A stretch of 64,000 bases of DNA from a virus (IMGVR_UViG_2925908680_000001); one strand, 5' to 3'; counted from the stretch's first letter, positions 18,835 through 28,827 are shown. Translations and numbers: made by a program. The notes: generated by a model from the letters alone, not told the origin.

Positions 18835-19481
18835 GCCGACATCCTCTGAGACATAAACTCCACAAAACGAACTGCATCTTCAGAAACAACGCCGCATGAC
18901 TTCAGATAATTCATTGCGTCATCAGGTAGCGGATTAGTTGGTTCGGCATTTGCCAGGGATTGAGATAAACGCGTGATTAATTTGACCATTCTCCGCTGCC
19001 GGAGGTTGTATCCTTCAGCTAAAGACAGGTAACTGGAAAGGGTATTGCTTAAGCGGGCGCGAAGCTGATCCGTGCCGTGACATTCAATAGCAACATCACG
19101 TAACGCATCGACCAGTTCACGGTAAAGATGCGCTGCCATTCTGCAATCTGTGTCAGATGGTGCTTCATAAATTACCGTCAACCCCAGTTTTTCAGCCAGA
19201 GCGTGTTCTGCACGTGCTCCTGCGGACACATCCCATCCCTTAAGCAGATAGATCGCATCAGCAGAACGCACCATTGCCAGGCAAATATCCATGTATTCAC
19301 TCTGACAAAGGCCACCAGGTAACACAGCTGGATTCAGAACGATATGCCCTTCAGCCATCAGCTCGCTCGCTTTCGCATTAAACGCCGCACGGTTGTAATC
19401 TGGATAACCAGTCATCGGCCCCGCGATGTAAATTTTCAAAACACGTTTCACCATCAAAATTTCCCCAAAATCGTGACGCAA
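18831..19481 (-). CDS. nucleoside 2-deoxyribosyltransferase-like (DUF4406-like) protein fused to a shared C-terminal domain
   Basis: N-terminal KIYIAGPMTG motif; C-terminus shared with the 9659-10339 product. Confidence 0.55.
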   Translation of the reverse strand: MRHDFGEILMVKRVLKIYIAGPMTGYPDYNRAAFNAKASELMAEGHIVLNPAVLPGGLCQSEYMDICLAMVRSADAIYLLKGWDVSAGARAEHALAEKLGLTVIYEAPSDTDCRMAAHLYRELVDALRDVAIECHGTDQLRARLSNTLSSYLSLAEGYNLRQRRMVKLITRLSQSLANAEPTNPLPDDAMNYLKSCGVVSEDAVRFVEFMSQRMSA

Positions 19482-19726
19482 AACATAAGCACTGCGAAAA
19501 GCTCAATACCAAGCTCAAGTAGCGCCAACGCCCCGAAAAACAACACATAGAACAGGCCAATCTCATTCACAGATGGCTGGTGGATCGCACTTAAAGCTAT
19601 AAGCATCATGTCCTCCAAACAGTTATCAGGAATGATATTAATGTTTTGTGTTAGAAAATCAATTTTGAATATCTAATCATTTTGATCAATCATAGAAAAA
19701 TCGCTGAAAAGTAAGAGGCAGCCATC

Positions 19727-20305
19727 ATGCAGAAACAGAGCTATTGGGAGAAACAGAGACAAAAAGCCATGCAAAAATTGGCTGACCCAGCCTGGCGAGA
19801 GGAACAAAGGGCAAAGCGCCTTCAACAAGCTCAACGCCAGCAGCAGCGAGCGAGAGAAAAAGCCGCATCGCCTGAATATCGGCAAAAGAAAATTGAAAAA
19901 GCAAAGCAATATGAACAGCGGAGAAAAGATAAAGCTGTATCCGCTCCGTCCAAAAAAACACGCACGTCACGCGGCCTGAAAGGCAGATCACTCACAGCCG
20001 ATGAACGCCGGATACAGACCGCTATCGGTGCTCTCCCCTGCATTGCCTGCCATATTCACGGGCAACATAGCCCAGTGGTATCCCTGCACCATATCTTCGG
20101 GAGAACGGCAGAGAACGCACATAGATATGTCCTCCCTTTGTGTAAATGGCACCACCAGTACGCAGCGCCAGCCGAGGTCCGAGAACAATATCCCTGGCTG
20201 GTCCCTGTTCATGCTGACGGAAAAATAGGCGGAAAAGCAGATTTCATGCGGCACAATGCCGATGAAATGACGTTGTATCAGATGGCGATTGAATTGATAA
20301 ATTAG
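19727..20305 (+). CDS. Ref-like HNH endonuclease
   Basis: Basic N-terminus and HNH-like C-terminus (CIACHIHG...HHIFG...CKWHH), as in P1 Ref. Confidence 0.55.
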   Translation: MQKQSYWEKQRQKAMQKLADPAWREEQRAKRLQQAQRQQQRAREKAASPEYRQKKIEKAKQYEQRRKDKAVSAPSKKTRTSRGLKGRSLTADERRIQTAIGALPCIACHIHGQHSPVVSLHHIFGRTAENAHRYVLPLCKWHHQYAAPAEVREQYPWLVPVHADGKIGGKADFMRHNADEMTLYQMAIELIN

Positions 20306-20909
20306 TTTTCTAACATTTTAAGTTGAATTGTAAATTTCTCCGATGTACATTCACTACCGATTGGCACACCGGTCAACTTTTTGAGACAAACTGTTTAGTT
20401 TTTCGTATTATTGCCGCCGCTATACCTATGGCGGTGCAATATAGGTGGCTGAAAAGCCCCCGTTGACTCACGGTGTTCCAGCCTTTATTGCGCCGCCACC
20501 AGACCGTGGAACAGTCGATGGCGGCTCCGAAAGCAAGGAGTCACCACACTATGAACAGCTACTGTCTTTTCCCATCACTCGTTGTCCGCCACTCACGCGA
20601 TAATCTGCATTCTTTACTCGCGCTGGGGGTGTCAAAATGACCGTTCGCTACCTCAACTTTCAAATCCAGAACATCACTGGCGGTTGCTATGACTGGTTTG
20701 TCACTCTCGGAAAAGAAGTGATCACCGGGAAGCTGGATGAAGTGAAAGCTAAAGCAATGGCCTACGCCTGCAAGCAAGCCCGGAAGAAATCCGCCAAAGC
20801 ATAAAATACTGACTGTTGCGCCCTGGCATTATCGTGGGGTATATTTCTACGGCACCTTAGAAAAACGGGTGCCGGGATTGGAACCCCGGATAATGCAAAA
20901 GGCGACACA

Positions 20910-20931
20910 GACGCCGAAAGCGTCTTTTTTT
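20910..20931 (+). terminator. rho-independent terminator
   Basis: gacgc-cgaaa-gcgtc hairpin followed by a run of seven T. Confidence 0.55.
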
Positions 20932-21116
20932 GTGTCATGCCATCGCACAGCCATACGTAGCGTTTAGCTCAGAGATCAATGGTAGTGCTGGCTGGGCTGC
21001 CGAAAGGCAGGCCGGTTCCCTTTTGCGCCGGTAGTTCCAACCCAGTCAGTGCTACCGCCATTGAGATTGGAACCTCACGCGGTAGCTCCTTAAATTAGCA
21101 AAAGGAGGCTGCCAAT

Positions 21117-21332
21117 ATGGCTACTATCCCTACCCCAACTCATTCTGAATTTATCTGGCGTTTCTATTCCTGCCAAAAACACCTGTATATCTGCGTCATG
21201 GCTGCTACCGAAGCAGAAGCTCGTTCATACCTTCCTGAAGAACCCTGCATTTTTGCCGCACGCTTCACTCTTGATGCGATGGAGATCCTAAATTACTGGA
21301 ATCTGCCAATGAACTGCGTGGAGGTGCACTGA
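21117..21332 (+). CDS. Icd-like small protein (immI-like module 1)
   Basis: 71-aa ORF whose TGA stop overlaps the ATG of the downstream antirepressor (TGATG), the arrangement of P1 icd-ant. Confidence 0.5.
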   Translation: MATIPTPTHSEFIWRFYSCQKHLYICVMAATEAEARSYLPEEPCIFAARFTLDAMEILNYWNLPMNCVEVH

Positions 21333-22273
21333 TGAATCTGTCCATCTCTCAAAAAGCGACAATGACCAGTATTGAGATCGCGGAACTGGTAGGTAAGCGT
21401 CATGATAATGTGAAGCGTACCATTGAAGTATTAACTAAAGGTGGTGTCATTCAATTTCCTCAAATTGAGGAAATTGAAAATAAACAATCAGTTGGCCCTC
21501 GTCGATTTTCCAAGGCTTACATATTTGAAGGCGAACAAGGAAAACGAGACAGCATCATTGTCGTCGCGCAGCTCTCTCCGGAATTCACCGCCCGGCTGGT
21601 GGACCGCTGGCGCGAACTGGAGAATGCCCGGGTACAGTTAAAATCAAAAGCCGAAATTCTGGCTGAAATGGCGCAAATGCATCTTGAGCATGAACGCCGG
21701 ATCAACGCCGTAAATGCCCAGGTAGCCGAGGTATCAGCACAAGTATCGATGGTCGCTGAAACACTCGAGCAAATCAAGAAAGGCAATATTCCGGAAGGCT
21801 ACATTGGCTACCGCCAGCTGGCGGCGAAATGTGGCCTGACTGAAGCCAAATGTCGCAACCTGGTTAACGCTTTCCGGATTCCCACCGATACGCATGAGTT
21901 TTTAACTCCAGATGGTTTGCTTGCGCGACGCTCCATTGTGGCCCTGGTCCCCTTCCGGAAAGCCTTTAAGCAGGTGATGTCGGAGGCAGAACCACGCAAT
22001 AAACGCTGGTATCATCCAAAGATGGGGATGTTTCAGGCAATCCACCATCCTGTGCCTGAAAGCCCAAAGGATAATCTGTCACTACATACCGTCAGAGAGA
22101 AGATCAGGACTGGATACGCAACAGTGTGTCGTCGTTCTTCCTGGCCTGAAGGTATATGGGTGTGGCCCGAAGGTGGATCACGAAAGCACTGGCGCACCAT
22201 CCGTGACGGGAAAATCCATGCTATTGATTTAGCTCCAGAGGATGTTATTGCTATGGACTGGATTGTTAGTTAA
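21332..22273 (+). CDS. ant: antirepressor Ant (copy 1)
   Basis: N-terminal phage regulatory (pRha-type) domain; P1 Ant-like context. Confidence 0.75.
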   Translation: MNLSISQKATMTSIEIAELVGKRHDNVKRTIEVLTKGGVIQFPQIEEIENKQSVGPRRFSKAYIFEGEQGKRDSIIVVAQLSPEFTARLVDRWRELENARVQLKSKAEILAEMAQMHLEHERRINAVNAQVAEVSAQVSMVAETLEQIKKGNIPEGYIGYRQLAAKCGLTEAKCRNLVNAFRIPTDTHEFLTPDGLLARRSIVALVPFRKAFKQVMSEAEPRNKRWYHPKMGMFQAIHHPVPESPKDNLSLHTVREKIRTGYATVCRRSSWPEGIWVWPEGGSRKHWRTIRDGKIHAIDLAPEDVIAMDWIVS

Positions 22274-22282
22274 ATGCTGCAT

Positions 22283-22304
22283 CCCCGGCGACGCCGGGGA
22301 TTTA
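22283..22304 (+). terminator. hairpin after ant copy 1
   Basis: ccccggcg-a-cgccgggg palindrome after the stop; weak T-tract. Confidence 0.45.
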
Positions 22305-22332
22305 ACTGCCAAATAATCGGATTATCCGCACG

Positions 22333-22644
22333 ATGAAAAAAATAGATTTCACTTATTCTGCCGCCACACTTGAGCGGCGCTTCACCCTCATTAGAGAGTT
22401 GGAACTGTCAAAAGTCTGGTATCAAATCCTACTGGATGAAGAGTTTTCACTGATGGTTATAGCAGAAAAATTGGCTATGCCTAATGATCGGCACAAGGTC
22501 ATAGCCAGCCTCGATCTGGTGACAAACAGATACTGGGAAACAGAGGAACTACATGAGGCGGGAGTAATTCGTGACCTGATGGAGAATTCCGTTCCCCGCC
22601 GCTATCGTGCAGGGAACGGCATCTCCGTGGTTAAAGGTGTTTAA
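22333..22644 (+). CDS. hypothetical protein, 103 aa
   Basis: ORF only. Confidence 0.4.
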   Translation: MKKIDFTYSAATLERRFTLIRELELSKVWYQILLDEEFSLMVIAEKLAMPNDRHKVIASLDLVTNRYWETEELHEAGVIRDLMENSVPRRYRAGNGISVVKGV

Positions 22645-23033
22645 AGCTCACCTGCGCGCTGTTTTTCAAGCACAGATTTAACATTTGGCGCTTTCCCTTT
22701 AAAAGAATGGAAAGTGCCACATTTTTCTGTTTTAACCTCGCGCAGAGCTTCGCCATCGGCGTTCTGCCATTGATGGGATAATGTCATATCACCGCGAGAA
22801 GGAACATCCAGCGAGTACAGCGTGTAAGTTCCCCCCATCTCCGCATACTCCTGGAACACATAGCTCATTACGTCAGATTCAGTTTTTCGGTGTGCGTTAT
22901 CAACCTTATTCCCATTCAGAAATATGGCATCTGGATAGATTTTTATATCAAACCTACCGCACTTAACTTGTAAATTTCCGGCGCTCGCGATCAAAGGGAA
23001 AGACGCCAGTAAAGCAATAGCCAATCTTTTCAA
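22641..23033 (-). CDS. secreted hypothetical protein, 130 aa
   Basis: N-terminal signal peptide (MKRLAIALLASFPLIASA). Confidence 0.5.
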   Translation of the reverse strand: MKRLAIALLASFPLIASAGNLQVKCGRFDIKIYPDAIFLNGNKVDNAHRKTESDVMSYVFQEYAEMGGTYTLYSLDVPSRGDMTLSHQWQNADGEALREVKTEKCGTFHSFKGKAPNVKSVLEKQRAGEL

Positions 23034-23053
23034 TTCTGCCTCCGCTGCGTAAC

Positions 23054-23677
23054 TTATTGCCCGTATTTTTTACACCATTGCTCTGCCATTTGTTTGGCTA
23101 AAGGCCCGGCTACTGCACTGTATTCTGCTGTTTTACTTTGCACACATGAAGCAGATGGTTTTTTATTTCGCTGCTCGGTTAGTTTGCGCTCATAAGCCAT
23201 CATGCTATCGAACCCGGCAATATCACTTTGGCGAAGCATTCCCTTTTTAACCAAAAATTGCTGCCCCTCGGGCACCAGCGCAAGCATAAAAAGTGGTTGT
23301 AATAACTCACCTAATCCTTGCTGGCGATACACTTCGAATTGCTGCCATCCCTGACTTAATCTGGAAAGAGTATCTTTGGTTGAATAACCTGTTTTTGTTA
23401 TAGCTTTGTCCGTCAGATATGCTGTATATGCAAAAACGCAAAAGTCAGTTTTACCAATAAACTGAGTTCCAACAGGCCGTAATGGAATGCCCTCTCTCTT
23501 GCAAAAGTCCATAATTGCCGCTTGTGAATGATCCCCACCAGCGTTATTCATAACCTGCTGCCCTGCCCTGTATTGTGCAGGTAACGCAGTTGCATTGGCT
23601 GTATTAACAGATACGCATCCCAACATAGCCGCGAGCGCGGTCCCTAAAACCCTTAACTTCACTACACCGTCCTTCAT
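23054..23677 (-). CDS. secreted hypothetical protein, 207 aa
   Basis: Signal-peptide-like N-terminus (LRVLGTALAAMLGCVSVNTANA). Confidence 0.5.
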   Translation of the reverse strand: MKDGVVKLRVLGTALAAMLGCVSVNTANATALPAQYRAGQQVMNNAGGDHSQAAIMDFCKREGIPLRPVGTQFIGKTDFCVFAYTAYLTDKAITKTGYSTKDTLSRLSQGWQQFEVYRQQGLGELLQPLFMLALVPEGQQFLVKKGMLRQSDIAGFDSMMAYERKLTEQRNKKPSASCVQSKTAEYSAVAGPLAKQMAEQWCKKYGQ

Positions 23678-23945
23678 GTAAACAAAATGAAGTTTTATGT
23701 TACAAAAACAATCAACTACATCAACATGATTTAGGCCAAATTTCGGTCAAAAAATAAAATCCACAAAAAGTGGTTGACACTATTTTGGAAATCACAAACT
23801 GCACATAATCCATCGCGCTAACGGCTCCCGTTGAAGGTTCTTTTGACGATTAACTTTCAGCCGAAGCGCGGTAGGGAGTCATAACGCCAAAGCAGGCCGC
23901 CATGTGCGGCCTTTTTTTGTATCCGTCATCCGTGGAGGAAGGACA

Positions 23946-24599
23946 ATGGAAAAGATCGCAATATTCAGCCTGACCACCAGCAAGCCTCAAATGCTCACTG
24001 CAATACTGAAAGACGGTGCTCTCATTATTAACGAAGTAAAACCCCTTCCCGCGTCAGCATTGGAGCAAAAGCAAAAAATTCCTCCAGCCATAGCAGCCCT
24101 GCGGAAAAGCAAATTTAAGGTACTGGTAGACGAAATTACGCCAACGATCTCCGCTGGCACCGGAGCAAGCCAGGTGACTCTCAAGACCCGTCATGCCGAT
24201 GGCAGAGCAGCAATCATCGTCGGGATGGAAAGATACAGAGAGTTAAAACTCCAGAAGCTATTATCCCTGCCGCAAAATAACAAAGGTGCTTTCGAAATCC
24301 CCGACTCTATCGTTGATACCGAATACAACGGTAACGGAGAAGAAGTCTACAGGGTGAACTGGCAGGATATCAGGCCGGAGCATATTCTGATGATCCTGTG
24401 TTGCTACGCGACCGTATACCACAACGTTGCCAGTGCGGATTACGTAGAGCAGATGACCGGTACAGTCGAGAAAGAGCAAAAAACAGGCATACTCGCTTCG
24501 TTCCTTTCCATTATTGGGCATGAAAAAGTTAAAGCAGGCACCTCCCAGCCAAAGTCACTGGCTGGGAAAGAAGTTGATGAAGATACCGTGATACTTTGA
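23946..24599 (+). CDS. hypothetical protein
   Basis: ORF; start taken at the internal Met (MEKIAIF). Confidence 0.5.
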   Translation: MEKIAIFSLTTSKPQMLTAILKDGALIINEVKPLPASALEQKQKIPPAIAALRKSKFKVLVDEITPTISAGTGASQVTLKTRHADGRAAIIVGMERYRELKLQKLLSLPQNNKGAFEIPDSIVDTEYNGNGEEVYRVNWQDIRPEHILMILCCYATVYHNVASADYVEQMTGTVEKEQKTGILASFLSIIGHEKVKAGTSQPKSLAGKEVDEDTVIL

Positions 24600-24907
24600 T
24601 CACATTAGTAGCTTTGTTAACTCCCTCAACACCAGGTAGAAGAGTAACAAAAATATTGACGCGAGTATTTGAGTGGTCAATGAGGCGTTCATAAACAGAT
24701 CAATTAGCTTTAATATTTCGAAGATAACATCCATGTCATTCACTCCGTTTAATTTTTAATCTAATGCCAGCAAATGAAGCTGGCCCCCGCATAAAGATTA
24801 ATGAAAGTCACTTGTCACCAGTGAGGGGATTTATGGTGGCCTGTCTGTTTCTCGCATTTCACACCCTGCATACAGTTTCCCCCAGGTTATGACTGAGAGG
24901 CTTTGTT

Positions 24908-25237
24908 ATGGGCTATAGCAGACTCGACGATAGGTACATTGAAGACGATATTTTTCGTGCGCTGTTTCACCAGGAAATGATTAAGCGGGTATCGGAGTAT
25001 CACTCTGATAATTTCCAGTACACGATAAAGATTGATGAAGTATATCGTTCAGACCTTGCAGCCTACCGGGCGTATGGCAATGCAGATTTGCGCTGGGTAT
25101 TCCGGGTGCTGGTGGGCCATGAGTCAGAAATGGAAGAAATGCCCGCCGGGACCACGTTAACTCTTCCTGATGTGGCATGGCTGAGGAATAAGATCCGTGA
25201 TTACGCGAGCGCGGAACCGGAGATAGAAAATGCCTGA
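24908..25237 (+). CDS. hypothetical protein, 109 aa
   Basis: ORF overlapping the next gene by 8 bp, consistent with an operon. Confidence 0.4.
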   Translation: MGYSRLDDRYIEDDIFRALFHQEMIKRVSEYHSDNFQYTIKIDEVYRSDLAAYRAYGNADLRWVFRVLVGHESEMEEMPAGTTLTLPDVAWLRNKIRDYASAEPEIENA

Positions 25238-26426
25238 TTTCCTGAAAAACCAGGACGGGCGCTATATCACTGACGGCCTGTCCTCTAAGGACTTCACGCG
25301 TTTATTCGACCTTATCAGGAAAGAACAAACCCGTAAGCGCCGGCAAGCTCACCGGACGCTGACGCCAGGTAGACTGAGGAACAAATCCGCCGAAGATATT
25401 CTCAAGTTAGGGAAGAAAAAAGGCGGCACGTTCTTCACGCGAGACGACCTGAAAGGTTTCGAAAAGCTACGGAGTAAAACGCGCGAAAAATATGACAGCA
25501 AGACGGCTGGCATCACATACGCCCAGCTGGTGGCATCCAGCCAGGCAATCGATATTAAGCGTGCAAATAACGCCGTGGATGACGGATCCGGTATCAAAAG
25601 AGCTACCCCCGTATCTCTTCGCCACAATGTGATTAATATCCGCGTAGAAGCATCGGATATATCCGTCCACCAGCACCATATCGTCCGGATACGCTTTGAA
25701 GAATGGGATCAGATGGTTGATGACATCGCAGAAGACGATAAATCAGCTCTCAAAATCACTAAATCACTGTGCGCCGGGCGAGTGTCTTTCGATTGTGACT
25801 GTGGTCGTCATCAATACTGGTATCGTTACATCGCCACTGCGGGTAACTTTGCCCTGGCACCGCCAAAAGAATACGCCTATCCAAAAGTTCGCAACCCGAA
25901 GCTGCAAGGCGTCGCCTGTAAACACGTGATCCACTCAATGACGCGGTTACAGTCCGCCAGTTGGCAAATGAGTATTGCTCGTGCGCTACAAAAGGCTGCA
26001 ACGCAAATTGCATTTGGTGACGATCGCCGCCGTACAACTAAACACTTCTCAAAAGAAGACGAGAAGGAGTTTAATCGCAATCGTAGCAGTAAAACGAACG
26101 TTGAAGCCGCCAAACGCGAATGGAGGCTCTATCAGAAGCGCCAGGCAGCTTTAAGTACAAAACTGGCAAAGGACAACGGCAAGATCGACAAGCTACGTGA
26201 CCAATTGACCAGGGCCAGAAAGTTGTCAGACGCACAGAAAAAACGGGCGGCTGCAAAAGAAGCGGCCTTGCAACGTGAGAAACAGAAAAATAAGGAACTT
26301 CAGCAACGCCTTGCCGATCAGTTCGCACTGAAGAAGCAGGCGTTCATTGATGCACTGGTCATGGCAGGAACGTCACCTGAGCAAGCTGAAAAAATGTTTA
26401 TGGAGTACGTGAAGAAAGGTTCTTGA
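25230..26426 (+). CDS. hypothetical protein, 398 aa, SWIM-type zinc-finger-like motif and Lys-rich coiled-coil tail
   Basis: CDCGRHQ...CKH motif; K/R/E-rich C-terminus. Confidence 0.5.
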   Translation: MPDFLKNQDGRYITDGLSSKDFTRLFDLIRKEQTRKRRQAHRTLTPGRLRNKSAEDILKLGKKKGGTFFTRDDLKGFEKLRSKTREKYDSKTAGITYAQLVASSQAIDIKRANNAVDDGSGIKRATPVSLRHNVINIRVEASDISVHQHHIVRIRFEEWDQMVDDIAEDDKSALKITKSLCAGRVSFDCDCGRHQYWYRYIATAGNFALAPPKEYAYPKVRNPKLQGVACKHVIHSMTRLQSASWQMSIARALQKAATQIAFGDDRRRTTKHFSKEDEKEFNRNRSSKTNVEAAKREWRLYQKRQAALSTKLAKDNGKIDKLRDQLTRARKLSDAQKKRAAAKEAALQREKQKNKELQQRLADQFALKKQAFIDALVMAGTSPEQAEKMFMEYVKKGS

Positions 26427-26460
26427 TTGACAACAAAGGCGGTCATACAGACCGCCAAAC

Positions 26461-26820
26461 TCATACACCAACCAGGCTTTCAAGAGGAATGCCAAACTGG
26501 GAATGTAAACGACGAATCATAGGTAACGTTAAATTTCGTGTCCCATTTAGCACTTCGTAAACACGATTTGACTTACCAATCGCCGGTTCCAGATCCTTCA
26601 CGGTCAGCCCTTGCTGTTCCATACGGAATTTAATGGCCTCAATAGGTGATGGTGGCTCAATTGGGTAATGTTTTTTCTCGTACTCCTCAATGAGAAGACA
26701 CATAACCTCAAAGAAATCGCCTTCCGGTGTGTTCATTTCCGGTTCATTATCGAACATCGGTTCGACCGCACGCAGTGCGGCCTCATAATCTTGTTCTGTA
26801 CGGATAGGTTTAATGTTCAT
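26461..26820 (-). CDS. higA: HigA-type antitoxin (HTH)
   Basis: HTH-containing 119-aa ORF immediately downstream of a HigB-like toxin. Confidence 0.75.
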   Translation of the reverse strand: MNIKPIRTEQDYEAALRAVEPMFDNEPEMNTPEGDFFEVMCLLIEEYEKKHYPIEPPSPIEAIKFRMEQQGLTVKDLEPAIGKSNRVYEVLNGTRNLTLPMIRRLHSQFGIPLESLVGV

Positions 26821-26823
26821 GAT

Positions 26824-27126
26824 TTACTCCAGTTCTATTGTATCCGCTTCAATGGCATCGTATTCCTTATGTGTTCCAATAAACTTAACGAACATCCATC
26901 CTCGCTGATAAGCAATTGCGACAATTAACCTGTAATCATTTCCCTTAATATTGAACACCACGCGCCTGTTTTTAAGGATGCTGGCTGTCCGGTACTGTTC
27001 TTTGATCTCAGCCGGATTTTTCCAGTCAGCCTTTGTTGCTTCATCAACCCATGCCTTTAATGGCTGTTCTGCATCGGGATTCTTCGCCCAGAAATCCCTT
27101 AGTGTTTTTACCGAAATTATTTTCAT
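26824..27126 (-). CDS. higB: HigB-type toxin (RelE superfamily)
   Basis: Resembles E. coli K-12 HigB including the C-terminal THKEYD; toxin-first order typical of higBA. Confidence 0.75.
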   Translation of the reverse strand: MKIISVKTLRDFWAKNPDAEQPLKAWVDEATKADWKNPAEIKEQYRTASILKNRRVVFNIKGNDYRLIVAIAYQRGWMFVKFIGTHKEYDAIEADTIELE

Positions 27127-27229
27127 CACAGATTCCTTCTCTCTGAAAGTATAGTAGTCCCAATATGGGACAATGTAAAGCACTTTAGTCCCATGCTGGG
27201 ATATGAATTGAAATCACAATCTCCAGACA

Positions 27230-28063
27230 ATGCACCCTCGATACCTGATAAATCGACCTTTGAGGATGCTTATGGGCCGTTTTGACGAATGGTTTTCTGA
27301 CGATGCAAACCTGGCAAGTAAGGAGTCAGAACATGACAGCACGCAGAGAGAAACGCCAGCGCCGATTGAAGCGAATGCAGGAGGCGCGCCGGAACATGGC
27401 AATACCAGTTCGGATTCATTCAGCATTCTGGAAGAGCAACCCGCCGCCAAAGCTGATAGCCATGATAATTTTGCTGATAGCAACGGTGGCCTTACTCCAG
27501 ATGCTGGCGAATCAGATATAGCCATACTTCCACCTTCCCTGGCTGGCAGAGAACCAACTCCACAGCTAAAAGCACGCTATAACGGGCATAAAGCCTTTAA
27601 CGACCAAATCCGCACAGACTGGATGCTGATTATTGAATCCAGCCCAGACGCGTTTCAGGCTCTCTTATATCGACCAGATGTTGGCACATATGGGGTAGTC
27701 AGCGACGAAACAGGAGAAGAGTCATTCACTGAACTGGATAACAACCAACGCGAACTGACTTACCAGGAACCTGAAATCGTTTATGTGCTGGATAACCCGG
27801 ACGGGCGTGACTCTTTCCATGCGATTGACGCAGACGGTGAGCAGGATGGCTTAACCGATGATGTTCTGATTCTGCGTATTGCAGCAAATAACGTCCCCGT
27901 CGGCTCAATTCTTGAATGGAATGAAGAGATGGTAAACGGCGTAGCCCGCCGCTGGTGGTACGTGCACCGTATTTTTAGCTACGGCACACAGCATGTTGGT
28001 TCGCTTTACTACTGCATACCAGCCAGGAATTTTGATACGACTCAAAACGGAGTGATCGAATGA
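27230..28063 (+). CDS. acidic hypothetical protein, 277 aa
   Basis: ORF; strongly D/E-rich. Confidence 0.45.
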   Translation: MHPRYLINRPLRMLMGRFDEWFSDDANLASKESEHDSTQRETPAPIEANAGGAPEHGNTSSDSFSILEEQPAAKADSHDNFADSNGGLTPDAGESDIAILPPSLAGREPTPQLKARYNGHKAFNDQIRTDWMLIIESSPDAFQALLYRPDVGTYGVVSDETGEESFTELDNNQRELTYQEPEIVYVLDNPDGRDSFHAIDADGEQDGLTDDVLILRIAANNVPVGSILEWNEEMVNGVARRWWYVHRIFSYGTQHVGSLYYCIPARNFDTTQNGVIE

Positions 28064-28827
28064 CTTCAAATAAAACCCTCCTGGCGCGAACAGGTGAATG
28101 GCAAACCTCACGCACAGGAAAATTCCAGACCACGGGCTTTGAAAACGTGGATAACGCGTTTGCGACGCTAATCAGCAACATTTTTTCTGATATCTTACTG
28201 GTGGCCCCCGCGCCGGAAGAAAAACGCTTTGCGTCATTCTTGAATCGTCCACCAGCAGAGCGTGTCTATGTGGCCCGTTTCGACAATGCGATCGAGTTTC
28301 TTAAAGCAGTTCGTCGCGCAAATGCCGGGCAAGGGAGAAAACCTGAAAACCAGAACATTAACCGGGATGCTCTCCCCCTGGTCAATATCTCACGCACTAT
28401 GGATATCAATTATATCAACGATGATCAGCAGATTGACCGCAAAAAAGTAGCCAGTTTTTGCGAACCGGATACCGGAATGCCTTTAGCAGAACTGGAATAC
28501 ACCCAGGCCATTCTGACGTATGACGTTACGTTAATGGCAACTGATAAAGCGACCATGAGTCTGATGTGTAATTCGCTGGGCGCACGGCTTCGCCTGATGA
28601 CAGGTACACAATTTGAAGCAACCACTCACCTTGTTCGTGTTCCGGTCCCGCTGATTTGCTCGATACAGGATGCCAAAGAAGTCGGCTTTACGGATGTTTC
28701 AGCACCAATTGGAGAAGAGCGTATTTATGCCACACAAGCGCCGATAAGTGTGATTGCAGACGTGATCACAGCATGGGAGTTGGACGCAAAACGTATTATT
28801 ACCGAAACCTCGATATCTATGGGGTGA
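28060..28827 (+). CDS. hypothetical (possibly virion-associated) protein
   Basis: ORF in operon with a baseplate-like gene. Confidence 0.45.
   Translation: MTSNKTLLARTGEWQTSRTGKFQTTGFENVDNAFATLISNIFSDILLVAPAPEEKRFASFLNRPPAERVYVARFDNAIEFLKAVRRANAGQGRKPENQNINRDALPLVNISRTMDINYINDDQQIDRKKVASFCEPDTGMPLAELEYTQAILTYDVTLMATDKATMSLMCNSLGARLRLMTGTQFEATTHLVRVPVPLICSIQDAKEVGFTDVSAPIGEERIYATQAPISVIADVITAWELDAKRIITETSISMG

Noticed and set aside
20380-21100. Possible tRNA genes (P1 carries tRNAs)
   Set aside because: Scanning by eye found no T-arm GGTTCGAATCC-type element or acceptor/CCA architecture in the non-coding stretches; only a covariance-model tRNA search would settle it.
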